From a virus: a stretch of 64,000 nt of DNA. Of the stretch, positions 13,442 through 25,792 are shown one piece after another (position 1 is the stretch's first letter; every line of letters starts with the position of its first letter). Made by a program: the position numbers and the translations under genes. The notes under the pieces are model-generated. The model saw only the letters and a list, made by a program, of their open reading frames with translations. It was not told where the DNA came from and did no database searches. The DNA lies in the IMG/VR virus record IMGVR_UViG_3300005537_000002, positions 113,638 through 177,637 of that record. One strand, given 5' to 3'.

Positions 13442-16400
13442 ATGCGTACAGACAGCGGAGAAGAGTTAGTCGAGTTGGATATAGCTACACTAGAGCGTCA
13501 TATCCAACAGTCGAAAGAATATAGACTTTGGTACAGTATATGGGAACTGACTGAGTGGCTCTTTAGCGAAGACGCAAACCATGTGTGGGTGAGGTACTCT
13601 AGAACTGCCGGTAGGTATAGCGTCCAAGTGAAGACAGTAGATGGAGTAGAGATACTCGCCCTAGATAGTCGTGTGAGAGAACTGATGGCTAAGGAAGAGA
13701 ATGTGCGACTCTTCCCTACCGTAGACAACATCTACGAGTATGCACAGTTGTGCATAGAGATGTCGTACACGGACATCATCAAGGAGAAGGCTTGCGGAAT
13801 CTCTCTCCCGAACGGATTCTGGAGGGATAAGCCCCCAATCGTAGAGTATGCCGTATACGGCTGGCGTATACCACAACTAGAAGAGGACCAAGAAGTATGA
13901 GAGCAGAAGAACTGCTGTACAGGCTATTGAAGTTACGGTCGGGGTCAATCATCAACTTCGTAGGAGACCCTAACGACATGACGTTCCCGACCGTATATGC
14001 GATCCGGTCATTGCAACCGGGTCTCTTTACGGATACTAGCACAGCTACGCTGCCAGCTGTGCCAATGGGTTTCGTATTCGGAGACCCAACAGACTACAAG
14101 CCGAATACGAACAGCGGAGGCTACCCCGTAGGCAACGGCTGGACCGTATGGGATCCGTACGCGGGTAGACCAAACTTGGCGAGAACTGCAGAAGAGTCCC
14201 TGATAACACAGACCTCATATGGTTGGAGTACGTTTCTGCAAGGTCTGCTACAACACCCAAAACCACCGAAGTACGAGACCTACTACACGTACTTCGACTT
14301 TACAGCTCACTTACCTCAGGATGCAAGTCCAGACTCGAGCGTAGTCATACTGGCTGCGTTTGTCGACGATGAGCACAGTGCCATTACGTTCGCGAACGTA
14401 GTGTTTATGCGAGAAGAGTCCTTACAATTTGGAGATTGGAGCTAGATATGCCTCAGTACGACTATCCAGTTAAGGCAGTACCGGTATACAGACTACGTAA
14501 GAGGTTAGGGGAGCTACCGTCGTGGGATGATGACAACTGGGTTGACGTCGAACCATTAGCACAGGTGATTGTTGGCCCATACGATGAAGAGACAGCCGAC
14601 TGTGATATCACAGTCACTATTCAGATAGCCATGAACGGTGACACACTTACGACTGTCGGTAGACTAGAGGGCCACAAAGCTATACTCCTTCGACTGTCAG
14701 GTATGTTAACCAACGACGGTCGCATGCAGATACTACCGCTAGTCCACATCGACTGGCAGTCAGCTGGCGAGTGGGATACTTGCCAGTATGATCTAACCGT
14801 CGTCACGACGTACGAAGACTGCGGTCGAACTGAACAACTACTCACTCACGCTAGAGTGGCAGACGACGTATTCTATACTCTGTCGTTTAACAGGATGCTT
14901 GAAGACGAGGCAGAACGTCTACGACAGAGGGACCTTAAACAAATTGAGGTACACAAAGGTCTACTGGAAGAGTTCATACGAGCGCTCGAAGAAGACCTCC
15001 CGAGTAAAAAGAGTTCGTACGTCAACCGAGCTGAAGTGCAGGAGATGTTCTCTAACGCTATTGCTAGAGAACGGGAGGAGTTAGCTAAGTATTGTGAGTA
15101 CACAGTAGACGGCGGGGTAGTTACTATCACGAAGTCATTCGTATAGGAGTTTCGTATGCGTAAGTTGTGGCCTATCTATGTAAGGTATTACCCATATTCC
15201 GTCTATAGGTGGCTAAGTATTCACTACCAATACTATAAGTACGAAGACACCTACGCTGGGATAGGCGACTTCGAGCACGAACTCTGGTTAGGCAAGTTAT
15301 GCTTTACATTCGGAAAGTTCATATAAGGAGGGTCACTCATGAAAACGATTACGCTAAACAAGTTAGAGCAGATCCTACACCATAAACCACCGACGGAGAC
15401 TTGTTGGTCGCTGCAGAACTCCGTAAGAGAGTTGGAGGGAGTACTCACGACGTTAGGCATTCGAGTGGATAGGGATGAGTACTTCGTCTTCAGCGACATC
15501 GCTAACACTCTCAACGATATCCACAACACTCAATGGCAGGGTTCGGTAGCCATTATACTCATCAATACTCCAAACGCTATGGACTGGTACGTACTAGCGT
15601 TTGTGATACGAGGCTCGTCACTAGACAAGGAGGGAGTGTAAACATGACAAAGCAAGCTGAGTATGGCACACGTATTACGTCGGAGGAAGTACGGCTGTTA
15701 GCTGTGCTATTGACCGAAAAGTTTGTGACAGCTTACGTAGCGGCAGCAGACCCTACGCAAGGAGTCGGACAACCGAGTGGCTGGGAGCATCTTTGGACTA
15801 ACAGCCTACCGACTGAGGTGGTACAGGTGTTAGAGTTGGTATCGTTGGTGGATATATGGAGAGTGGTGGTAGTACAACTCGCTCGTACGGGACTCGAGGG
15901 GTATGACCTTGTAGTAGGTGAGGTGATTGCGTACTTACGACATATTATACTAGGCTCGGGTAAGTTCACGATTGTAACGCGTACGGAGGATACGTATCTT
16001 GAGGAGAAGGAGTAGGCATTGGTATACAAAAGGACGTCGGCAGTGCATATGAGTATGGAACGTCAGTTAGAGATAGCATGTCAACAGGCAACTTCTAAAC
16101 AGGCGATGATAGAGGTGTTGGAGGAGTTGAACTCACAACTCCCGTTAGGGGACCCGACTATTGAAGACGGACGTTCGACAGCTAAGGCTTTGCAGTATGC
16201 CGGGAGTGTAATCTCAGACCTAATCGAGCGGGCGTGTGCATTGCATCAAGTGCCGTTGAAGACCGCTACGATCCAGTCAGACACAGCTACATTCGTCTGG
16301 ATACAAACTGACAGTAACGGTGCCGCCGTAGACGTAACCTGGACTATTAAAAAGCATTGGAGCTCCCGCCTAATGCTCGCACTTAAAGTGCACCTCGTAG

Positions 16401-16474
16401 CGAATCCGGAGTATCTCTTCCGACTAACCGCGGGCAGAACGTACGAGGCACTACAAGACTACTTGGAGGACTAG
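13442..16474 (+). other. Early gene unit E (part): hypothetical CDS 13442-13900, 13897-14445, 14436-15146, 15339-15641, 15644-16015, 16019-16474
   Basis: Tiled ORFs with RBS. Confidence 0.75.
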
Positions 16475-16479
16475 TAGTA

Positions 16480-16800
16480 ATGGTACCGAGCGTAATATAC
16501 ATCATATCGGTGTGCTCAATAGCAGTGGTGCTATTCGTTGCACTGTGGAGCTTAATGCCAGTTGAAATGTCATCTGACAGTAAGTTCAAACGGGTGTCAG
16601 TTCTTGTAGTTATTATTGGGTGGTTGTTCCACGTACTCGTTCCGACAGGTCCGCTAGAAGAGCTAGTAACTGATATAGTCGCGCTACTAGCTGTAGTCGC
16701 CGTCGTAGCGTGTATGATAAGCTTAACTATCACTCACAAAATGGAGCCGTTCTTACACTGGTGGCGTACAGGTGAAGACCTTACTGAACCAAAGGAGTAA
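16480..16800 (+). CDS. 3-TM membrane protein, tandem paralogue 1
   Basis: Three hydrophobic segments; S.S..F(K/R)RV and F..WW motifs shared with its neighbours. Confidence 0.8.
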   Translation: MVPSVIYIISVCSIAVVLFVALWSLMPVEMSSDSKFKRVSVLVVIIGWLFHVLVPTGPLEELVTDIVALLAVVAVVACMISLTITHKMEPFLHWWRTGEDLTEPKE

Positions 16801-16804
16801 GCTT

Positions 16805-17098
16805 ATGTTGACTGGTCTCGAGTACTGGTTGTTACTAGGAGCGTTAGACGTTATTATCGGTACCGTCATGTTTCTCGCGCTAGTAGGTCGTATGTCTCGA
16901 TCAGCCGCGTTCCGTAGGGTAGGTATCGTCGTACTAGTTATCGCTGCAGGTATCGTCGTTTGGGGTATAGGCATAGAGTCGGTACGTGAAGCCCTCGTCG
17001 GTACAGCTGTTACAGTCTTGTTCGTAGGTACATTCGCAATCCTAGCCACTGACAATTGGGGGGACTTCTGGAGTTGGTGGATAGAGGACGAAGACTAG
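16805..17098 (+). CDS. 3-TM membrane protein, tandem paralogue 2
   Basis: ATG at 16805 after GGAG; SRSAAFRRVGIVVLV..FWSWW. Confidence 0.8.
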   Translation: MLTGLEYWLLLGALDVIIGTVMFLALVGRMSRSAAFRRVGIVVLVIAAGIVVWGIGIESVREALVGTAVTVLFVGTFAILATDNWGDFWSWWIEDED

Positions 17099-17115
17099 AA
17101 AGGACTAGCCGTAAG

Positions 17116-17424
17116 ATGATATACGATGCTTCATATTGGGCTGTTGCCCTAGCGTTAGTAGGTCTTGTAAGTATCACGATGTTCCTTGCACTCCCTTGGC
17201 GTATGTCACTGACGTCTAAAGCTCGCCGGGTGGGTATAGTAGTGTTGGTAGCACTATCATACGTACTAGTGATAGGAAGTGGTATCACAAACCTCCAAAA
17301 CTCAGTAGTTGCGTTTACTATACTGGCTATCATTGGAGGAATAGTCGCTTTGATCATAGTCGGCGACTCATCTCGCTTCTTCCGTTGGTGGGTCTCCGAC
17401 GATGACAACAGTAGACCTGACTAG
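17116..17424 (+). CDS. 3-TM membrane protein, tandem paralogue 3
   Basis: ATG at 17116; SLTSKARRVGIVVLV..FFRWW. Confidence 0.8.
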   Translation: MIYDASYWAVALALVGLVSITMFLALPWRMSLTSKARRVGIVVLVALSYVLVIGSGITNLQNSVVAFTILAIIGGIVALIIVGDSSRFFRWWVSDDDNSRPD

Positions 17425-17494
17425 CACAGGGTCTTACGCATATGAGGTGAGCGAGAGCTCACCTTGTAGCATGTTTAACTGACGTAATTACCTC

Positions 17495-17524
17495 TTGTTT
17501 TCAACCGGGGTAATTCTTTATAAT
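17495..17524 (+). promoter_or_regulatory. sigma70-type promoter (cassette family)
   Basis: TTGTTT-18-TATAAT; downstream leader AAATTTATTACCCC shared with the 35.0-kb promoter. Confidence 0.8.
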
Positions 17525-17606
17525 ATAATTAATAAATATAAAATTTATTACCCCATGGAATGGTCCAAAGGGGTTACACACTACATACACACAAGGGAGT
17601 ACAACA

Positions 17607-20012
17607 ATGGAGTCTAACTTAGAGAGCATCCTACAATCTCTAACATCTACTACACATTACGGTACTGTACACTCTCAGGCAAGTCAGGCGTACCAAGTAC
17701 TCATAGCTAACTACACCAATAGTACAGTACGTCTAGTACTACAGTTGGTTAACAGGGAACTCTCACCGGAAGAGGTCAACACTATCCGTAGATGGGCAGA
17801 AGAGGGTATACGTACATCTCTAGCGGACATCTAAGTTTATAAGGGTTACTATTACGGTATAATAGTAACCCTTATACAAAGGGAGAACCAATCATGACAA
17901 CCAACCAATCCCCATTGGAGCTAGCTAAGTTCTACTACACATACAACAGTACGTTACGTAGGGAGCAAGTGGAGTATTCAAGCTCAGACTACCAGAGTTA
18001 CCTATTAGCCGTGCGGGAACTGCTATACTATACGGAGATAGCGTCTACACTACTCACTCTGGAGGACAGGTTTGGTGCAGTAGAGGACGCTATTGAGTAC
18101 TACCGCTTACCAGAAAGTGCTACAGAAGACGTTGAGATGGGTGGAGGTGAAGTGGCTGGATTCTATGGACTCTGGCGAAGAAAGTACATCCTGTCTGTAC
18201 TCAAAAGTCTGTCCAACAGCGCGGTAGTACAAGCTCTGCAAGAGTACTACGACCGCATGTATAAAGTGGCATAGAAAGGGGAACCAATCATGATACCAGA
18301 CACAAACGTTGTCATGCGTTTGACTAACACTGATAGTGATTCGATCACGCCTGAAGATGTTCGGGACATTATACTGAAGCTAAGGGAGGCAAGAGCTGAG
18401 CTTGCAAAGCACCCGAAGGATAACTCAACTCCCGTAGAGAAGATGTACTTTGAGTTGTTCTGGCTTGCAGGACCTTTCTTGCAAAAGGTAGTCAATGTCT
18501 GGAACGAGTTGCACGCAGAAGAACTCCAACGGATGTTGTTCAAAGCACCGGACGGTACTATAGGAGAGGGAGAGAGCTACTTGTTCGATGCACTCAGTAA
18601 GTTCTGCTTGTGCCCGGTAGGATTACCTAATAAGGCGTGCTACGAAGTTGTACGTGAGATGACTGAAGAGCAGTAGATAACTACTTGCAACTGTGCTATA
18701 TTATTAGCACAGTTGCAAAACAGCTAGTAGAGGGAGCAGACTATGTCACGGAAGAAAGATTCACGAACGCTGACTACTATTATAAGTAGGTTGCCCTCGG
18801 TAGATGAACTGTTTAAGGGTATCTACCCACGCTACGACATTCCAGAGGGTGTAGACGTTACTCAGGGTAGGTACCTCGTATCACTTGACGACATACCATC
18901 CGCACCAGGTAAGGAAGTCGTAGTAGTGTATGTGCTGTATTATCAGTTTAAGGACTACGCGGCTACACTTACGTACTTCAATATGCAGGAGGCACTACAA
19001 ATAGTAGAACTTGCACTCAAACAGTACGTACCCGGTCTAACTATCCACCGAGATAACGACACTATGCAAGTTCCCGGTGTCGAGCACGAGATTAAGGCAC
19101 CCGTGTTGGTAGTGCACTTCGGCAACTGCGACAATCGTAGTATACATACACAAGAAGGACACTTACACTAGCAAAGAAGGAGAACTAAGCTATGACACAA
19201 CTATATAGCACACACTTACATGACCTATTCAATTCGGCAGCAGTCGGTAGAGTGATAGAGCTTTGCGAAGGGGACGAAGCAGTTCGGTTCTTTGTGGTGA
19301 ACTCAGACGACATGCAACTGCAGTATGTCTTTCGAGGGGATACGGAATGCCCTCCAGACGAGGATAAAACGTTCTGGCACCCGATCGAGGCTCTGCGCAA
19401 AGCTCTGAACTCTGTCATTGACGATATACTGACACTCTGTCGGGAGTTTGATATAGACGCCGATCGAGACACGATGTGGGATGAGTTTCTAGCACAAGAC
19501 TATGTCGGTGTGCACTTGTTCACAACCCGTATAGTGCACAGCATCTAAGTCGTAGTAAAGGGAGGTCAATAGCAATGTCAGAAGAGCGTAGGAAGTCACC
19601 TAGACGCACGTGGGACGAGAAGGTGAATGCGTTGCTATATACGAGGACGTTGACTGAGCCACAGCGCGAGCGTGCTAGAAACTGGTTAGGGGCGACTCTG
19701 ACGTCGCACTCGTATGATAAGGAGTTGCGTACCTTTCCTACGGGTATTGCCATTGACTTCTTAGAGTCCGAAAGTGGAGACGCAGTATGGCTCTTACTAG
19801 ACGTAGAGGGAGACAATGGTGAACGTGGATATCACGCCTACCGCAAGATTCCACGCGAACCAAAACGGTCGTGGAAGAGATTCGGTCCAAGGAGACCTTA
19901 TAGGAAGCGTGAAGCTCCGAAGCACAACGACACGTCACTAGTCGTACCGCACGACTTTGACGATGAACAAGAAGAACGAACCGACCTGTTTGACGACGAA
20001 CCTAGCGAATAA
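17607..20012 (+). other. Early gene unit F: 6 hypothetical CDS (17607-17834, 17894-18274, 18290-18676, 18743-19171, 19192-19548, 19575-20012)
   Basis: ORFs with RBS, several separated by palindromic spacers. Confidence 0.75.
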
Positions 20013-20028
20013 GACTTTGTGTACCAAC

Positions 20029-20058
20029 TTGTAAAACAATGGGGGTTTATATTATAAT
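20029..20058 (+). promoter_or_regulatory. sigma70-type promoter (cassette family)
   Basis: TTGTAA-18-TATAAT. Confidence 0.8.
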
Positions 20059-20787
20059 ATATTATATAAATATAAATTCTTACCACCACTACATACACAC
20101 AAGGGGGTACACAATGGTACACACTACCAACATTACATTCTCACACACAAGTATTACAGTGGCTTACCATAACTTACCGGAAGGTTATGTATCGGGCATG
20201 CAAAGGAAGTCTCTAGTAAGTCTACTAGGCCAAAACTTACTAGCACTGTGTGACTGGTACGGAGAGGTAAAGGACTCTGAGTGGGAGATAGTAGTACGTA
20301 ACCACGAAAGCGACTTAGCGTATTACGAAAGCGGTATGGCGGACGGGATACAGTGGCCTATGAGGTACTTAGCACAGGAGAGTCGTGATGAGGAACGTGA
20401 GAACCGTAGGCGTAACCCACACCAGTACGACAACAGCTGGCTGTACGCTAGCTGAACTAGTAAGCAAAGGAGAACGGACATGACAAACAATACTAATCCA
20501 ACCTACAACTCCAGGTTGAATGGGATAGTGCAAGAGCTAGTGCGCCATTTCGTACAAAGTGCAGCGCTGTCGATGGACACGGAAGAGGCTGACGCACTTA
20601 CAGAAGGAGACCCACAAGCAGAAGCTATCCGTAGAGCTTTTGCAGAACAAGGCAGTTCCAGTCCAGTAGTAGACGCTCTTTGGGAGGTTATACGTAAGGT
20701 AGCACCCGAAGCTGAATCACCCAGCTAATACTTCACGGTAGGGGTAGAACTTCTACCCCTACACCCAACAAACAAAGGAGAACTAAC

Positions 20788-21267
20788 ATGCCAGATCAGA
20801 CTTACGTACAGCAGTTGCAAGCAATGTCACCTATCGAGTTGGTACGAGAGTACCACGAGCAATGGTTGAGAGCCTGCCTAGAGCGCATTAGAGATGGTGA
20901 CGCGGAGAATCTAGCTCGTACATGCGCTAATATCATAACACACACGAACGCCAATGCAGTACTAGATAGCATTGCGACTTGGAGGGAGGGTGGAGAATAC
21001 GAGTGGCTGCTAGAACAGCACCCTGAAGTGAGCCGTATGACTACGGTTGACGCTATGCTACTATTCTACAGGACAAAGGTAGAGTCAACCGAAGAGCGTA
21101 TAGAAAACGGTGAGTACACTAGACTCTATGAGGTGCTAGAAGTAGCGGACTTCCTCAAAGAGTACAACTACGCTATAATTGTACTAGAGTCGATATCGGA
21201 CGAGAGTGAACTAGCTCCTATGCGTCATTGGCTGTGGCGCAACTTAGGCGAAACAGATCCAGAATAG
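20788..21267 (+). CDS. Helical repeat family protein (two internal repeats)
   Basis: MSPIELVREYH..; clear paralogue of 21716-22189 and 27544-28056. Confidence 0.8.
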   Translation: MPDQTYVQQLQAMSPIELVREYHEQWLRACLERIRDGDAENLARTCANIITHTNANAVLDSIATWREGGEYEWLLEQHPEVSRMTTVDAMLLFYRTKVESTEERIENGEYTRLYEVLEVADFLKEYNYAIIVLESISDESELAPMRHWLWRNLGETDPE

Positions 21268-21288
21268 GTACACGCAAGGAGAACAGAC

Positions 21289-21714
21289 ATGACTAAAGGC
21301 CAATCGCAACTCACAACACTGCAGCTTGAGTACATTCAAGCGTGCAAAGCTAATATACAGCGTCTCTGTGAGGAGAAGCCGGAAGTAGCCGAATACATGA
21401 AGACACTCACACCGGACACGTTGCATGAGAGAGTAGTCCAATTCGACAGCATGTACGGTGAGGATAACTACCTAAAGCCGGAGTATCAAGACTACTACAT
21501 GTCGAGGGAACACGCTGAAGAGTGGGGAGTTTTAGTTGAGTTACACGTAAGTATGCACCAAAACGTGCTGTCTAAAGGTACGTTCAGTGACAAGTTAGGG
21601 CCTTACGGAAGCGAGGAACGTCACCGTAACCTGCAAGAGTGCTATGCGGTAGCACTGCTAGACGTCCGAGTAGCCGAACTTATGTGGGATTGGAACCCAC
21701 GAGAGGCTGACTGA
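21289..21714 (+). CDS. Hypothetical protein, paralogue of 22217-22630
   Basis: LQ(L/I)EYIQAC..PEVA.YM.TLTP..AELMWDWN shared. Confidence 0.85.
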   Translation: MTKGQSQLTTLQLEYIQACKANIQRLCEEKPEVAEYMKTLTPDTLHERVVQFDSMYGEDNYLKPEYQDYYMSREHAEEWGVLVELHVSMHQNVLSKGTFSDKLGPYGSEERHRNLQECYAVALLDVRVAELMWDWNPREAD

Positions 21715-21715
21715 T

Positions 21716-22189
21716 ATGACTTACAGCCAGAGGTTGAAGCAGATGTCACCTACCGAGCTAGCGGTAGAGTACCATACTAAGCAGTTGGAGGAACGGGAGT
21801 CGAAATTACACGACCCGGATGAGGACCGACAAGTGCTGCTAGGTGACATGATGGACCACGAACAAGCGCTAGAACTACTACATAGTCTAGACGATTGGAA
21901 GTCTAGTGGAGACTATGAGTGGCTATTAGAGACGTATGACGAGCGTGACGGAGTGACGGCTGACATGCCAGTGCATAGAGCTATGCTAATCTACTACCAG
22001 AAAAAGACTGAGTCAGTAGAGGATCGCATAGAGAGTGGTGAGTACACAAGGGTTCACGACGTACTCATGATTACAGACTACCTCACGGACAACTACAAAG
22101 CTATGGCAGTGCTGCAATCACTAGCGAACCCTCAAGAGCTACTTAATATGCGTCTGTGGCTGATGAGAGACTTACTCAGCAAGATGTAG
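21716..22189 (+). CDS. Helical repeat family protein
   Basis: MSPTELAVEYH..IESGEYTR..MRLWL. Confidence 0.8.
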   Translation: MTYSQRLKQMSPTELAVEYHTKQLEERESKLHDPDEDRQVLLGDMMDHEQALELLHSLDDWKSSGDYEWLLETYDERDGVTADMPVHRAMLIYYQKKTESVEDRIESGEYTRVHDVLMITDYLTDNYKAMAVLQSLANPQELLNMRLWLMRDLLSKM

Positions 22190-22216
22190 TACAAGCACAC
22201 CTAAAGGAGAACAGAC

Positions 22217-22630
22217 ATGACAAGCAACCTCACGAGGCTGCAGATAGAGTACATTCAAGCGTGTGAGGCTAGTATACGACAGCTCCTTACAGATAGACCG
22301 GAAGTAGCTGCGTATATGCAGACACTCACACCAGAAACCTTCTACCAGAAGGTTATACGCTTTGGTGACTACTTCGCCTCGGACGACCGACTGAAGCAGG
22401 AATATCACTTCTACATGACGAGAGAGTACGCGCAGGAGTGGAAAGCGTTAGTCAATCTAGCAGCCGCTGTAGATGTGGTACTGATGGGCGGAGAGTTCAG
22501 TGACAGCTTGGGCGAGCACGGTACTGTAGAAAGAATTGAGGGCTTAGTAGAGTGCCACAAGGTGGCGGACTTAGGACCAACTATAGCTGAACTCATGTGG
22601 GACTGGAACTCGCAGAAGGAGGAGTACTAG
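22217..22630 (+). CDS. Hypothetical protein, paralogue of 21289-21714
   Basis: Protein similarity plus a shared AAGGAGAACAGACATGAC translation-start region. Confidence 0.85.
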   Translation: MTSNLTRLQIEYIQACEASIRQLLTDRPEVAAYMQTLTPETFYQKVIRFGDYFASDDRLKQEYHFYMTREYAQEWKALVNLAAAVDVVLMGGEFSDSLGEHGTVERIEGLVECHKVADLGPTIAELMWDWNSQKEEY

Positions 22631-22957
22631 CATGGAGTATCCAGAACTAACACCACCGACGGGTAAAGAGTGCTTTGACTGGGCTCGTAAGTACGGACTG
22701 GCTGAAGAGTTTCTAGCACGAATGTACGAGGAGTTCGGTAGCGACGTGAGGACTTGGTTCCCGATGGCAGCATTGGGGTTGGTATTGAGATACCACTATC
22801 AAGCTAAGTTGCAAGAGGCAACTAAGGAGTACTTCAGTCAGTACAAAGGCTTGCACCCCGCTGTGCTGGAATGGATAGGATACCATCTAGACAAGGACTT
22901 CATGGAAGAAGTCTTTATTCCAAGTAGTATCGCAGAGCAGAAGGAGGAACACGACTA

Positions 22958-23329
22958 ATGAGAGCACATTATTGGTACGAAGGCGAGAACACGTCCGGTG
23001 TAGAACGACAGCAGAGCATCGAAAACGGGAGTTGGCTTCCGACAGAGACGGAACTGGGGACTATCAGAGTGTTGAAGACGATAGTACGTAGTCGAGTGCG
23101 TAGAGTGATAGCAGAAATGAGGCAAGAGTTTCCTGACTTAATAGACCAAGTCCGTTGGGCAGCGTATACCCAGTTTGAGGAGGCTGACGCTCATTGTTCA
23201 GACACGGACATGCATAAAGATCCTGGTGAGATCATCGAGGGTGACACGAGAGACGTCTTTCAGGCGCTAGACTTTGATCCTTTGTACAACGATTGGCCAT
23301 CACTCTTCCGAGAAGACACCACACTGTGA
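22958..23329 (+). CDS. Hypothetical protein, paralogue of 37322-37648
   Basis: R(V/I)..VIA.MR......VRW.AY.Q..WPSLF shared. Confidence 0.8.
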   Translation: MRAHYWYEGENTSGVERQQSIENGSWLPTETELGTIRVLKTIVRSRVRRVIAEMRQEFPDLIDQVRWAAYTQFEEADAHCSDTDMHKDPGEIIEGDTRDVFQALDFDPLYNDWPSLFREDTTL

Positions 23330-24797
23330 AGGAGGTCTCCCAATGCCTACCCCAAACGACATACTAGCATTCTTATACGTACTGGCAGCTATATTCGCGG
23401 TCATCGTGACAATAGGTAGTGGCTTTGCAGCCATATACGTCATAACCACATTGGCAATGCGTTGGATGGACCGACTTGACGAAAGGGAGAAGTAGCTCAT
23501 GTGTGACGTTATAGAACAGGTACACGGAGCTGTAGAAGAGGTGCTAGACTATACCTTGACATCGCCGTATGCAGACGGTATGTTTGCTGGTAGTCCAGTA
23601 GAGCTGCTCTACTACGACGGAGTCTATGTTGGGTACGAACTCACCATTAAGCAGTCTCCTCAATGCGTCAACGGACCGAACTGTCAAGAGTGTAAGAGCG
23701 CTATTGGTACGAGAGTGAGAGTCTACATTGACTTCCCGGACATTGACACGTTCGGCGATAGTCCGAACCCGTTCGCAGAGTTGAGAAAGGGGTAGTACTG
23801 TGAGTAGTAGTTCAGAGAGGTTGTCCCGGGAGGAACTTGATACGTATTGGGACACTGATCAAGAGGACTGCCGAGAGGCTATCGACCTCATGTACGGTAA
23901 GGAGACTTGGACATCCGGTTCGATACTCAACGTACTGGAAGGTTGGCAACACTTCGTACTCGGGTACGGTAACCCGATGGTAGAAGACGGAGAGGTCAAT
24001 GGAAACCTAGGTATGCAACTAGAGGGTGTAGGTGACCCGACGCTGAAGAAGGTGATCTGCATCACTGGCCAAGTGTTTTGGCTGAAGGTGTCTTATGAAA
24101 GGCCTGAAGGATAGAACTACATGTACTCATTTCAAGTAGATGCTGTACGAGAGGCTGTACTCCCGAGTAAGGTCACGAGTATCGGTTCATATCACGTATG
24201 GGTTGACAGAATAGACGAGTCGCTAGATGAGGTTCTAAGCAGAGTAGTATCCAGTCTCCACTTGGGGGATGGTAGTGGAGGAGATTACAGCCCGAACTAC
24301 AGTGGGTGGTGCTGGAGATGTTGGCGTAGAACCAACTGGGAGTACTACACTTCCGAGGTCTACGGAAGGTCTTGGTGGACTGCTAGCAGATGCCAAAGAT
24401 GTCTTCGCACTAAAATCGAGTACCTATATGGTATCTGAAAGGAGAAGTAATGACCAAGCACCTGCTGTCATTAACGGAGTTGGAGGCTGCCGTAGAAGAG
24501 TGGCAGTATCTCAATGCGTGGTATGCCATACAAAAGGTAGTTGAAGGAAGGAGCATAGACTTAGTAAAGTTCGACTTCTCCTACTGTACCGATCAGTACG
24601 ATCCGGAGTACGTACAAGTTAGCTATTCCGGAAGTCGACTTGAAGTAAGCGAAGAACTGCGGGAGAGTCTACACAAGACAGTATCGGATCATATGACACT
24701 AGAAGGTTACTTTGATGTGTCTTTCGACATGACTACACAACCGAAACTGGGATATGACGAGATTTGGGGGAGTAACTCTTGATAGAGAGGAGCAGTA

Positions 24798-25322
24798 ATG
24801 TACAACGGTGGCGAAGAAGTCAAAGTCGTAGGATATGCTGACGAGCCTAGCGGGTACATTCCGCTGTATGTACCTGAACGACTGTATGATAAGATGTGTA
24901 GGTTCTTAGCGAGGTTGTTAGCTAGGGAAGCTGGTGAAGACGATGGTGTGTTCGATCCGGAACGGTTGGGGAATCCGTCTAGACTCTGGAGAGAACCGGA
25001 CTTAATGAGACTAGCTAGAGACTACGATCAACTTGCGGTAGGTGTACAGATGCTGCTGACACTTACATCGGAGAGCCCTGGCGAGTGGGTAAGCTTTGCA
25101 GAGTTGATGGAAGCTTCCGGACGAACGAAACGTCAGTTAATGGGGGAGTTAGGAGGTTTCACTCAATACTTGAAGAAGCTCTTTAACCTGCAGTCGGAGT
25201 ACGGGACTAAGGCAGAGTTGTTTCCCGTAAGACTTAGTTATAGAGATGGTCAACGCTATTACACCATGCCACAAGACATTGCGAACTTGTGGATCATCGC
25301 AAGGAGAGAAGTCGATGGCTAA
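24798..25322 (+). CDS. Putative winged-helix protein, DUF6416-like
   Basis: PGEWVSFAELMEASGRTKRQLMGELGGFT..YYTMPQDIANLW resembles that family (from memory, not searched). Confidence 0.45.
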   Translation: MYNGGEEVKVVGYADEPSGYIPLYVPERLYDKMCRFLARLLAREAGEDDGVFDPERLGNPSRLWREPDLMRLARDYDQLAVGVQMLLTLTSESPGEWVSFAELMEASGRTKRQLMGELGGFTQYLKKLFNLQSEYGTKAELFPVRLSYRDGQRYYTMPQDIANLWIIARREVDG

Positions 25323-25564
25323 CGTCAAGCACAACGGAGCATACAGACGTAGGGTAAGACCTCTGTGGAGAGACAACTTTTGGCTGAAGAATGCGGACCT
25401 GACACAACTCAATGACGCTGTGCTAACCGAGTTTGAACAGCACCCAACGTCGATGGAGTGTCCGAGGTGCGATGGCATCGTATGGTGGAACGCATTCATT
25501 AGCATGCACCAGTGTGCTAAGTGTAAAGTGGCGAAGTATGCACTAGGATGGATGGTACCTATCC

Positions 25565-25792
25565 ATGGCTAAGCACAAGTTTACTTCCGAAAACGCGGCC
25601 ACCTATGGTGCGAAAGGTGGCCGTAAAGCCGTCGAGAACGGTACGCTACATAAGCTGACGAAAGAAGAGAGTAGTCGTGGAGGCAAAGCTTGCTTCGAGC
25701 GGCTTATGCAAACCAAGCCGCAAACGTTACTGTCACTGAAGCCAAAGATTCGAGGCTTCTACAACAAGAAAGGTCAACCTACAGATGAGTAA
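25565..25792 (+). CDS. KGG-repeat (GsiB/YciG-like stress) protein
   Basis: HKFTSENAATYGAKGG and HKLTKEESSRGGK repeats. Confidence 0.7.
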   Translation: MAKHKFTSENAATYGAKGGRKAVENGTLHKLTKEESSRGGKACFERLMQTKPQTLLSLKPKIRGFYNKKGQPTDE

